Part shown: piece by piece, positions 1 to 7,883 of the stretch | Layout: each line of letters opens with the position of its first letter | Position numbering within the stretch: the first letter of the stretch is position 1 | Source of the DNA: Candidatus Methanoperedens sp. | Lineage (GTDB): Archaea; Halobacteriota; Methanosarcinia; Methanosarcinales; Methanoperedenaceae | Length of the DNA stretch: 32,000 nucleotides | Assembly (NCBI GenBank): GCA_027460535.1 | Contig: JAPZAR010000025.1 | Span: forward strand, 60,001 to 92,000 | Reading direction: 5' to 3' | Notes under the pieces: model-generated | Told to the model about the DNA's origin: nothing | Databases searched by the model: none | The model's input: only the letters and a program-made list of their open reading frames with translations | Position numbers and translations under genes: made by a program

Positions 1-13
1 TTCCCCCGCATAT

Positions 14-1012
14 TCATGACTCAAACAGCACGTTCTGGGATCCGCATTCACAGCATACTGCCGAGTCTATGAGCCCCCTGTTATCGCTGAACACTCCCAC
101 TGCATAGTGCTCTATATCATATTGCTCTTTCATGATCTTATCAAGCCATTCTTCTTCATCCCTGGATTCCGGGCATCTTGATAAAATAAAAAACCTTTCC
201 GTGAATTCCTTCTCGTTTCCACATTCCTGGCATGTTCTCGGGCCAAAAAATTTCCACGAATCTTCGAGTTCCTTTGAGTCACTGAGTTCCTTAATAGATA
301 CTTCTCTTATCTCTATGGGTTTCGTGGCTTTTATCTCTTCTACCTTCTGTGCTGCCACGATAGCTTTTCTTGCCTCCTCATGGCGCTTCTCAAGCAGGCA
401 GATCTCACCGCATGCGCGAAGCATATCCCGGGTCGGGGTCCTTTTGGCCAATGCGTAGGCTTCAAGGCCTGGAGTGGTTTGTCCCATACTGAAACACCTG
501 TTACCGCATATTATAAGCAAGGATTCCGGTGGAGTCTTGTTCGCTAATTTGTAGGCTTCTAAACCAGGATGGAGTTGCCCTTCCTTAAAGCACAGGTTGC
601 CGCATATAATGAGTTCTTCTTCCGGCGGCGCCTCTTCAACAAGCTTGTAGGCTTCCAGGGCAGGAACGAGTTTTCCTTTAAGCAGGCAATCCTTTCCGAT
701 CATGACGATTTTTTCCTTAGGAAGCGGCATCCCGATCAATTTAGATGCCTCTATGGCGGAGTATATCCGTCCTTCGTCAAGATATTTATTAACATAACCT
801 TCAAGGATTTTTTTTGGAATCTCTATATCGGCAGCTTTGGAGCCTTTTAAAGCTTTGGACATCCACCCTTTCTGAAGATACCTGTAAATGCAACTTCTGA
901 GTTCCTCATTTGAAAGCGGCATTCCAGTGACTCTGGATGTTTCTATGGCTTCAGACATCCGCCCTTCTTCAAGGCATTTTTTTATATATGCATTAACTTT
1001 TTCCTGGCTCAT
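14..1012 (-). CDS. Hypothetical repeat protein: about seven tandem 32-35 aa helical repeats plus a C-terminal Cys-knuckle (zinc-ribbon-like) domain
   Basis: 332-aa ORF with ATG at 1012-1010. Near-identical repeat units are KDCLLKGKLVPALEAYKLVEEAPPEEELIICG, NLCFKEGQLHPGLEAYKLANKTPPESLLIICG and NRCFSMGQTTPGLEAYALAKRTPTRDMLRACG. The C-terminus carries CQECG and CCECG knuckles. No family recognised. Confidence 0.7.
   Translation of the reverse strand: MSQEKVNAYIKKCLEEGRMSEAIETSRVTGMPLSNEELRSCIYRYLQKGWMSKALKGSKAADIEIPKKILEGYVNKYLDEGRIYSAIEASKLIGMPLPKEKIVMIGKDCLLKGKLVPALEAYKLVEEAPPEEELIICGNLCFKEGQLHPGLEAYKLANKTPPESLLIICGNRCFSMGQTTPGLEAYALAKRTPTRDMLRACGEICLLEKRHEEARKAIVAAQKVEEIKATKPIEIREVSIKELSDSKELEDSWKFFGPRTCQECGNEKEFTERFFILSRCPESRDEEEWLDKIMKEQYDIEHYAVGVFSDNRGLIDSAVCCECGSQNVLFES
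407..694 (-). repeat. Intragenic tandem repeat, three 96-bp units (best-conserved core of a longer 341-994 periodic region)
   Basis: Recurring DNA blocks gtaggcttc-N-a-R-R-cc-W-gg ... ccgcatatWat about 96 bp apart. They correspond to protein residues 107-202. Confidence 0.7.
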
Positions 1013-1250
1013 TTTCCATTTATTCTTAAATGTACGACTTCAAGTCAGTGCTGGTTATAATATATTATTAATCCGGCATATAGTGATAAAGTTTATGCAT
1101 GGCAAACACCTCCCAGAATTATTATGCATGTAGAGAGCTGATTAAGTGACGCAAATGGAAAAAGAAAGCCTGAATTTTCTTGATTGCGGGAATTGTCGCT
1201 TGGCGGATGGCATGAATCGATTTACAAACTACTCCCGGAACAATCTAAAT

Positions 1251-1259
1251 GGAGGTGAT
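1251..1259 (+). promoter_or_regulatory. Shine-Dalgarno site GGAGGTGAT for the downstream gene
   Basis: ggaggtgat lies 5-6 nt upstream of ATG 1265, a full match to the usual archaeal/bacterial SD consensus. Confidence 0.7.
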
Positions 1260-1264
1260 TTCGC

Positions 1265-2221
1265 ATGGACGATGAACAATTCAGGATAAAAGATCTCGGG
1301 GTCATTATCAACCCTGCGGCAGGTGCTGGTAAGGCGGTCATTGAAAATGTGGCAGGCAAAGCCATTGAAATTTTCAGAGACTGTAATATTGTCCATCCAG
1401 CTCCCGGAAATGGGAGGGAAACCACGATACGCCTTGCAGGAGAGATCGCCACGAGGGTCGATGCTATTCTTGTGGTAGGAGGTGATGGAACGATGTCAGA
1501 CGTGGCTTACGGTCTTTTCATTGCAGGCGCACCCGTGCCCATCATTGGCATCGGGGCGGGCAGTACCAATGTCGGCCCTCTCATCTCTGTAAGACCACAT
1601 GAAATGGAAAGGCTTGATCCGTATGCACTCAAAATGCACGGGGTCGGAGGGATACAGGCAAGCCTGAATAAGGCCCGGATCGGACTTGGTTTTAATGATG
1701 TCGTTCTCGGCGATACCGTCCTTACAACTCTTGAAGGCCGCGTGATGCAGGTGAGCGCCGTAGAATTCATAAAAGGCAAAAAGAAACCTGCTGCTCCATT
1801 GAAATCGGGCAAAAAGGACTCTGAAATATGCATTGAGCGCCGGGATGAAGTTGTTGAAATTCATAAGGGGATTTTTGGTCAGATGTTCGCCGCCCCACTT
1901 GAGGAAAGGTATCTGGGTAAGGGACTTGCCGGCGGGACGTCGCTTGCAGCAGCCCTTGGTCTCCCGGCAGGTATTGCCATAACCAGCGAACCGATTATAA
2001 ATTACAGCATAGGGCCCGAGGATTTCCTGGCGAAAGAGCCAATTGTTACCAAGACCGCCAGCTTCAGGAAAAGTGATGAAGTGATAGTCAAAGGTCTCAG
2101 GGAAGGCACATGCCTGATAGTTGACGGGAATCCGCTTGTTATCCTCAGAGATGACGATGAGGTAAGGCTGCGTTACCTTCCTGACGTAGCATGGGTTTTG
2201 AGACCGCATATTTCCAGGTGA
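1265..2221 (+). CDS. ATP-NAD kinase / diacylglycerol-kinase-fold family protein
   Basis: 318 aa. N-terminal LGVIINPAAGAGK and the ILVVGGDGTMSDV (GGDGT) motif are typical of the NAD kinase/DAGK catalytic fold. Strong SD upstream. Confidence 0.75.
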   Translation: MDDEQFRIKDLGVIINPAAGAGKAVIENVAGKAIEIFRDCNIVHPAPGNGRETTIRLAGEIATRVDAILVVGGDGTMSDVAYGLFIAGAPVPIIGIGAGSTNVGPLISVRPHEMERLDPYALKMHGVGGIQASLNKARIGLGFNDVVLGDTVLTTLEGRVMQVSAVEFIKGKKKPAAPLKSGKKDSEICIERRDEVVEIHKGIFGQMFAAPLEERYLGKGLAGGTSLAAALGLPAGIAITSEPIINYSIGPEDFLAKEPIVTKTASFRKSDEVIVKGLREGTCLIVDGNPLVILRDDDEVRLRYLPDVAWVLRPHISR

Positions 2222-2238
2222 TCATAATATCTATTTGT

Positions 2239-2979
2239 TCACCGCACTATTGGCGAGGCATCATGGTCGAAAGGGTTTTTCCGCATGGCTAGAGAAAAGA
2301 GGTATGGATAATTCTTTCTCAGGTAATTCATATAATCCAGCCACTGGGACACGAGCAGAGTATAGGCACGTTGAATGTCACCTGCGAGATGAGCATAATC
2401 GGATTCCGGCAAGTTGATCAATTCATCCCTGCTATCAAGCTCTTCGGTGAGATGGAAGACGGCGCGGAGGAGTTCTGTGAATGCAGTGTGCTCAAGGAGG
2501 GAAGGGTTCTCGAGCAGACGCAAAAGAAAATCACGCTGATTCGTAAGGAATTCCCCAAGCTGCGTGAAATCCATCTTCTTGATATCCACTGTATAGTTAT
2601 ACCGCTTAAGCTCCACATGAACACGGCTGAATTCTTCATCCGACCAGCCATTGTTCACTATAAGTCGATTTCGAATTTTTTCGAGATTGGGATCTGCATC
2701 CGAGAAAAGTGACAGGAGCTTTGTCCCTGCCTCGCTAAAAAATGTCCCAATGACCATATTCAGCTTTTCCAGTTTCTCTTTCCTGGAACGCATGATCAGG
2801 AGCTGGTTCAGGATAATTGTAACAAGAAGTACATTGATGGGAAGAAAACCCAGAGCATTGAAGACATAGAAATAACTATTCTGCGGGTCGCCGAGAAATA
2901 AAAATTTGATTGCATAGATTGCGATTGAAAATAAAATCAATGCAACGCCCAGTTTGAATTCCCAGCTTGGCTTTTTCAT
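2239..2979 (-). CDS. Hypothetical membrane protein (two N-terminal TM helices plus a helical cytoplasmic domain)
   Basis: 246 aa with an ATG start. Hydrophobic stretches LGVALILFSIAIYAIKFLFL and GFLPINVLLVTIILNQLLIM. No family recognised. Confidence 0.7.
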   Translation of the reverse strand: MKKPSWEFKLGVALILFSIAIYAIKFLFLGDPQNSYFYVFNALGFLPINVLLVTIILNQLLIMRSRKEKLEKLNMVIGTFFSEAGTKLLSLFSDADPNLEKIRNRLIVNNGWSDEEFSRVHVELKRYNYTVDIKKMDFTQLGEFLTNQRDFLLRLLENPSLLEHTAFTELLRAVFHLTEELDSRDELINLPESDYAHLAGDIQRAYTLLVSQWLDYMNYLRKNYPYLFSLAMRKNPFDHDASPIVR

Positions 2980-3165
2980 AAGAAAATCGTTTCTCCGATA
3001 TCAATTCCGACCTACATAAATTCATTCATCTTTTATGTTTTGGAAAATCTTCCTTTCCAGGCATCTTGATTGCACAGGTATGCTACTGCCCATTCTGAAT
3101 TCTTTTCCGATATCAGCCATTCTATTTGAGACCTTTTTCAAGGGTTTTTGATAATCCTGAGAATC

Positions 3166-3723
3166 TTATCTCCCGTATTTGCCTATCAGTTCGCCTTTTG
3201 CCAGTATATGCCCTTTCATGGCATCCTCCACCTGTTTCTTGGAGGCACCAGGCCCCAGGCTGAGTTTTTGGTCAAGGGCGTATATTTTAAAATAATACCT
3301 GTGGGGTTTTCCGGGTGGGGGACACGGACCGCCGTATCCTGCGCGGCCGAAGTCGGTCATTCCTTGAATACTTCCATCGCTAATGGTTTCGCTTCTCGGC
3401 ATTCCCTTTGCCAGTTTCTGAACTTTGGCAGGAATGTTGAAAATAACCCAGTGAACGAATGTCTTCCCCGGACAGTCAGGATCATCCATTATCAGTGCCA
3501 GGCTTTCAGATTCTGGCGGTATTCCTTTCCAGGCTAATGCTGGCGAAAGATCCTCACCCTCACATGTATATTCATCCGGGATAAAACCCCCGTCCTGAAA
3601 TGCCTCTGCTGAAATTGAAATGTTCTGCATACTTACCTCCTTTGTATCTCTGCTCTCTTTATTGGCTACACATCCTGCGATAATTGCTAGAAGGAAAACC
3701 GATAGATAGAGCTTCGATCCCAT
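3166..3723 (-). CDS. YbhB/YbcL (PEBP, Raf-kinase-inhibitor-like) family lipoprotein
   Basis: 185 aa. Signature LALIMDDPDCP...FVHWVIFNIP...GYGGPCPPPGKPHRYYFKIYALD. N-terminal signal with lipobox-like LAIIAGC. Confidence 0.85.
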   Translation of the reverse strand: MGSKLYLSVFLLAIIAGCVANKESRDTKEVSMQNISISAEAFQDGGFIPDEYTCEGEDLSPALAWKGIPPESESLALIMDDPDCPGKTFVHWVIFNIPAKVQKLAKGMPRSETISDGSIQGMTDFGRAGYGGPCPPPGKPHRYYFKIYALDQKLSLGPGASKKQVEDAMKGHILAKGELIGKYGR

Positions 3724-3765
3724 ACTGTTCCCGGTAAGAACCAGTTAAGTTTAAATGGTGAAACT

Positions 3766-3797
3766 GGGTACCACCATAATGGTGCTGACCAAAGCAC
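3766..3797. repeat. Left copy of a 32-37 nt imperfect direct repeat with palindromic core GGTGCTGACCAAAGCAC
   Basis: gggtaccaccataatGGTGCTGACCAAAGCAC. The core at 3781-3797 matches 4709-4725 at 16 of 17 positions, and GTGCT/AGCAC form inverted arms. Confidence 0.65.
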
Positions 3798-3893
3798 TTC
3801 AGTTAATCCAAATCCAATTATCTTAGACCGGCTGAGAGCCGATGTTTACGGGGCTTGATCCGTTGAGCCGACGTTGAAACTCTTTGGCGTTCC

Positions 3894-4589
3894 TTAACTT
3901 ATCCCGCCCATTTTTATCTTTCCTCCCTCAATGGAGAGTTTTGTGTCTTTTGAAATATTAAGCCCGACCCCGATATTGCCGTCAATATCCATACCCACTT
4001 TGATGTTTGTTTTTATTGTTCCGCCGTTTATTTTGACATTTGCTTTGGAACTTACATCCACGTCAGCTTTCTCTCTTGTTTCTAATTTAACGACAGGAGC
4101 AAAGATATAATCTCCATTTCCTGTTACATGCAATGATTCGTCTGCAATAAAGTCAAACGTTGCGGTTGATGTTGAGCTTTCGTTGACTGTTAATTCCCCA
4201 ACAATTTTCAATTCTCCAGAAGGCAGTTTAGCCTCATGATCGCCTGACATATCTGTGACGACAACTTTTGAAGTCATCAGGCGAACTTGCTGGTATGTTC
4301 CCGTTTTCAGGTTGACATCTGCAAGAAGCGCCTGGCTTCCTTCTGCTTTGAGCTTGAGAAGATCATAAGTCTGCGGTGTTGACGATACAGTTACCCATCC
4401 TTCGGCTGCGCTTTGCACCTGTACGCTATCGATAGTCACTTTAACACTGCTAACAGTACCCATGTCTGGAGCGGCATCTTTTATGGTAAATACAGCTCTT
4501 CCTTGTGTTGTGGTAGGTGCTTGGACGCACCCTGCCAAGAGCACCACAGCAACAAGGGCAAAAACAGCAAGTAGTTTTGTTCGATTCAT
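3894..4589 (-). CDS. DUF4382-type lipoprotein
   Basis: 231 aa. Signal peptide with LLAGC lipobox. Body matches the DUF4382 pattern as I recall it: FTIKDAAPD...VKVTIDSVQVQS...GWVTV...YDLLKLK...GTYQQVRL...KLPSGELKIVG...TFDFIADESL. Confidence 0.8.
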   Translation of the reverse strand: MNRTKLLAVFALVAVVLLAGCVQAPTTTQGRAVFTIKDAAPDMGTVSSVKVTIDSVQVQSAAEGWVTVSSTPQTYDLLKLKAEGSQALLADVNLKTGTYQQVRLMTSKVVVTDMSGDHEAKLPSGELKIVGELTVNESSTSTATFDFIADESLHVTGNGDYIFAPVVKLETREKADVDVSSKANVKINGGTIKTNIKVGMDIDGNIGVGLNISKDTKLSIEGGKIKMGGIS

Positions 4590-4688
4590 ACTTTCACCAT
4601 CTTAATCAATCTTTTTCTAATGTTCCCCCGAAGATACAATAGAAAACAACTGTAATTATTACATCCCTTTGTCGATATATAAATTTGT

Positions 4689-4725
4689 TGGTTACCAACA
4701 TGATAGAGGGTGCTTACCAAAGCAC
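4689..4725. repeat. Right copy of the 32-37 nt imperfect direct repeat, core GGTGCTTACCAAAGCAC
   Basis: tggttaccaacatgatagagGGTGCTTACCAAAGCAC. It lies 27 bp beyond the stop of the transposase-like relic. Confidence 0.65.
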
Positions 4726-4751
4726 ATATAAAACCATTGGTAATTTTTTTC

Positions 4752-5163
4752 TCACCTCTTAAAATAAGCCACTGAAGAAAGATTTTCTTTTATCCCTTTC
4801 TGTAATCGTCTCAAAGCAACCGCAAGAAGTATTATACAACATTTCGTTACATGGAGGTCAAGATTTTTCAAACCTCTTCCATTTACATGCGTCTCCACTT
4901 CCAGATGGTCCTTCAGATAGCTATTGATACCGTTGCAGTTTCTCAAATGGTAAGCATCAAGAACTCCCTCGGGGCATTGTTCATTTTGCCGCATATAGGT
5001 ATTTCTGAAATGCATGGCAACTGGCTCATAAATTCCTATTTTGATAAGAAATTGCATCATGTATTCGAGAGAGAGCCATCTTGAACAGACCGGAATAACC
5101 ATAATTCAGAAGCGCAATCCCAAGCGATTCGAGCATGGATACGAAATAGGCAGGCCTGTATAA
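4752..5163 (-). pseudogene. Relic of an IS4/IS5-like DDE transposase (C-terminal part only, frameshifted)
   Basis: The 116-aa ORF ends with AYHLRNCNGINSYLKDHLEVETHVNGRGLKNLDLHVTKCCIILLAVALRRL. This resembles the Y-x2-R-x3-E-x6-K / RGL...H...L tail of DDE_Tnp_1 transposases, but Gly sits where the catalytic Glu is expected. An upstream piece in another frame (ESLGIALLNYGYSG, 5040-5163) weakly resembles the D-x-G-Y-x-S block. No N-terminal half is present. Confidence 0.4.
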
Positions 5164-5237
5164 CTAACGAGCATAAAGATTAATACTAATCACTCTATAA
5201 ATGTCTTGTGGAGGAGTAAAACCTGGAAAAGGAAGAA

Positions 5238-5630
5238 ATGGTCCAGATATTGAACGAGGATTTTGTTCTCGAGGTCGAAGCTTCATTGATTTATGTGAGA
5301 AACGCTTTCATTATGCCTAAGTGCGTTCCCAGCAGGGTCACAGAGGCAATAGCCGTTGACGAGATGAGGCACATGAACTGGCTTGCCGACCTGATCGTGA
5401 AAAGGGGTGGTAAGCCGAGCATGGATCACAGGGAACTTGATTTCGGAGGAGATGACCTGCGCGGTCAATTAGAAAGGCAAATGACTCTTGAATCCGAAGC
5501 AGTGGAGAGGTACAAGAAGCATATAGAAATGATTGACGACGCGGAAGTAGCGGGCGTCCTGAGACATATCCTTGATGAGGAAAAAAGGCACAGGAAAGAA
5601 TTCAGGATGAGGCTTGAGAGTATTAAATAG
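5238..5630 (+). CDS. Ferritin-like diiron protein (bacterioferritin/rubrerythrin-like four-helix bundle)
   Basis: 130 aa. Ligand pattern E...ExxH twice: LEVEASL, AVDEMRHMNWL, LESEAVERY, LDEEKRHRKEF. Confidence 0.8.
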   Translation: MVQILNEDFVLEVEASLIYVRNAFIMPKCVPSRVTEAIAVDEMRHMNWLADLIVKRGGKPSMDHRELDFGGDDLRGQLERQMTLESEAVERYKKHIEMIDDAEVAGVLRHILDEEKRHRKEFRMRLESIK

Positions 5631-5696
5631 TTTTTAATATTTATGCAAAAATCTGTACGTTAAATTTATATTTCAATAATAGGTAATAAACACGTT

Positions 5697-6266
5697 ATGG
5701 GGATTGTATCTACAATAATCGTGGTTGTTGCAATAATCGTTATCGTATTGCTGATATTATATTTGATTTCTATTTATAACAGATTTCAGACCCTGAAGAA
5801 TGGGTCACTCGCTACGCTTGGTCAGATAAGGGTGGCGCTGAAAAAAAGGCTTGACATGATTTCTCAACTTGTGGAATCCGTGCAGAGCTATGCAAAATTT
5901 GAAAAAGGCACATTCGAAAAAATCACTGAGATGAGGGCGAATGTGATGAAAGCCGATACAAGCGCGATTCAGAATATTGAAGCAGAGTCAAGAAAAATCC
6001 TTGGCAATATTCTTGTCTCCGTGGAAAATTACCCTAATCTGAAAACATCTGAAACAGTTAAGCCGCTCATGGATGCGGTGAAGGAAATTGAGGATGAGAT
6101 CGCAAGACACAGGTACACTTACAATAACATAGTCCAGGAATTCAACACGATGACGGACGTCGTTCCATCCAATATGGTTGCATCATTTTTCAGATTCGCA
6201 AAGTTGACATACCTTGAATTCGAGGAAGAAATCGCAAAGCGCCCCGATCTCAAGTGGCAGATATGA
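5697..6266 (+). CDS. lemA: LemA family membrane protein
   Basis: 189 aa. One N-terminal TM helix, then YNRFQTLKN...[28 protein letters not shown]...[10 protein letters not shown]...[13 protein letters not shown], typical of LemA. Confidence 0.9.
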   Translation: MGIVSTIIVVVAIIVIVLLILYLISIYNRFQTLKNGSLATLGQIRVALKKRLDMISQLVESVQSYAKFEKGTFEKITEMRANVMKADTSAIQNIEAESRKILGNILVSVENYPNLKTSETVKPLMDAVKEIEDEIARHRYTYNNIVQEFNTMTDVVPSNMVASFFRFAKLTYLEFEEEIAKRPDLKWQI

Positions 6267-7867
6267 GTGAGACAAGGCAGCTAGTAGCTTCTTTTGTTGT
6301 TGTTATTCTCATCGGGATTGCTGGATACCTTGCATCGGGTTATATCCAATATTCAGGCGATCTTGTTGTTGACAGATATGAGGCAGTCTTTTCACCTGAT
6401 GGTACTTTAACCGAAACGTATGTTTACGATGTCAGCACCTCTGGAAAGTACACGATGTTGTTCAGGACCTGGAAGGTCCCTCTTATTGATCCGGAAGAGC
6501 CGGATCTGAACAGCCCATACATTCAGGCTACTGATGTAAACTGCCCTTCAGGATTTACTTCATATATCAAAAATTATGCTGGAACGGTTGTGACATCAGA
6601 TGAATCGAAAAAATTCGCGATTGATTCCATGGCATACCTGAACGAAGCCGGCTGCTATCTTCCATGGTTTGATAAGGGTAAATACACCATCACCTTCAGG
6701 TACCATGTGTATCCGCCCATGGAATGCGATGAGTCGTTCTGCCATTTGAATCTCATGCTCTCGGATGAACATGTTCCCTACAGGGATGTCAGGATTGTTC
6801 TGAAAGATCCATCCAGCTATGTCCAGAAAATCTTCCAGCATCCCCCCGATTTCAGTGTTTCAAGAAGTGATAATGATTGGATCATTGCAGGCAAAAGCCC
6901 GCAGAATGGGCTCATAGAAGTGGAAATGCTAGTTAATCCGGCTGCATCGGATAAATTCATAACGAGATCGAGGAATATAGAAAATAAAACGGGATCTGTC
7001 AACTCACTATACTCAATATTTTATCTCCTCCTTTCAGGGTTCAAATATGGTTTGATCGCTGCTGTTCTGGGATTTCCTCTGATCCTCTATTTCCTATACC
7101 TCAAATACGGAAAGGAAACGGAGTTCACAGTGCCCCGGTATCTCAGCTATATCCCCGGTAAGAGAAAACCATGGTTTGTCAACATGGTATTCAAGGGGGA
7201 TGCTTTTGATTTTGATGAGAACGGCTTCTTCGCAACACTGCTCGACCTGCACAGGAGGGAGTTCATAAAAATAGAACAGGATGAGAAAAAAGATGACGTA
7301 AGAATCAAGCTTTTGAAAGAACCCGGAGATGCGGAAGATCCTTACGAAAAAGATGTATTGTCATTTTTATTACATTGGTCAGATTATGGCACCTTTGACA
7401 CGGATAAATTCAAAGGCAAAGTGAAATCGCTTGCAGGAAAACAGGACCAAATATCTTCCCTGAAGATGCGGATGGATCGCATAATGAAAAAGGCATACCC
7501 CGAAATCGCAGAAAATTTTGCTGTCGGCGGGAGAGGAAAATTCCTAATATTATCAGCAGTTCTCATAGGCCTGACAATTGTTCTGCTTGCAAGTCAGTCT
7601 TATACTTATCCCATACTCGGGGAGAGCGCCGTATATTCGGCGACTCTTGCCCTGCAATCCCTTTTCATAGGAGCATTTACCACTTCAACGCTCTTTGGCA
7701 GGTGGAAGGGCGAGTACTATAAGGAAAAAATGGAGTGGGATGCATTTCGCAATTTCCTTTCGGATATGGCAATGATAGAGAAATATTCAACAAGCGGAGG
7801 ACATGGTGGTGGTGGAGGATTTGGTGGAGGAGGAGGGTTTGGAGGAGGTGGGGCAGGTGGAAGATGA
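6263..7867 (+). CDS. DUF2207 family membrane protein with Gly-rich C-terminal tail
   Basis: ATG 6263 overlaps the lemA TGA (ATGA); the track start at 6254 is a GTG. N-terminal TM helix, large extracytoplasmic domain, several C-terminal TM helices and the tail [23 protein letters not shown]. This is the usual partner of LemA. Confidence 0.85.
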   Translation: MSETRQLVASFVVVILIGIAGYLASGYIQYSGDLVVDRYEAVFSPDGTLTETYVYDVSTSGKYTMLFRTWKVPLIDPEEPDLNSPYIQATDVNCPSGFTSYIKNYAGTVVTSDESKKFAIDSMAYLNEAGCYLPWFDKGKYTITFRYHVYPPMECDESFCHLNLMLSDEHVPYRDVRIVLKDPSSYVQKIFQHPPDFSVSRSDNDWIIAGKSPQNGLIEVEMLVNPAASDKFITRSRNIENKTGSVNSLYSIFYLLLSGFKYGLIAAVLGFPLILYFLYLKYGKETEFTVPRYLSYIPGKRKPWFVNMVFKGDAFDFDENGFFATLLDLHRREFIKIEQDEKKDDVRIKLLKEPGDAEDPYEKDVLSFLLHWSDYGTFDTDKFKGKVKSLAGKQDQISSLKMRMDRIMKKAYPEIAENFAVGGRGKFLILSAVLIGLTIVLLASQSYTYPILGESAVYSATLALQSLFIGAFTTSTLFGRWKGEYYKEKMEWDAFRNFLSDMAMIEKYSTSGGHGGGGGFGGGGGFGGGGAGGR

Positions 7868-7883
7868 ACACACTAACACTGAA

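Noticed and set aside
1496-2209. 237-aa ORF antisense to the NAD-kinase-like gene (also a 108-aa ORF at 1507-1833).
   Set aside because: It is wholly contained in, and opposite to, a gene with a clear GGDGT-family signature. Its composition is odd and no motif is recognised, so it is a shadow ORF.
3724-3893. Several small hairpins (CCAGTT...AACTGG, CACCA-TAA-TGGTG, CGGCT-GAG-AGCCG) and a GAGCCGAYGTT duplication in the PEBP 5' region. I considered a riboswitch or sRNA.
   Set aside because: The stems are short (5-6 bp) and I recognise no known riboswitch consensus. The region also has to hold an ordinary promoter (TTTAAA-like box) and the upstream gene's termination region. The one robust element is reported separately as the 17-nt repeat.
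7795-7865. Repetitive GGTGGWGGA-type DNA that looks like a short tandem repeat.
   Set aside because: It is the in-frame coding sequence for the Gly/Phe-rich tail of the DUF2207 protein, not an independent repeat element or CRISPR.
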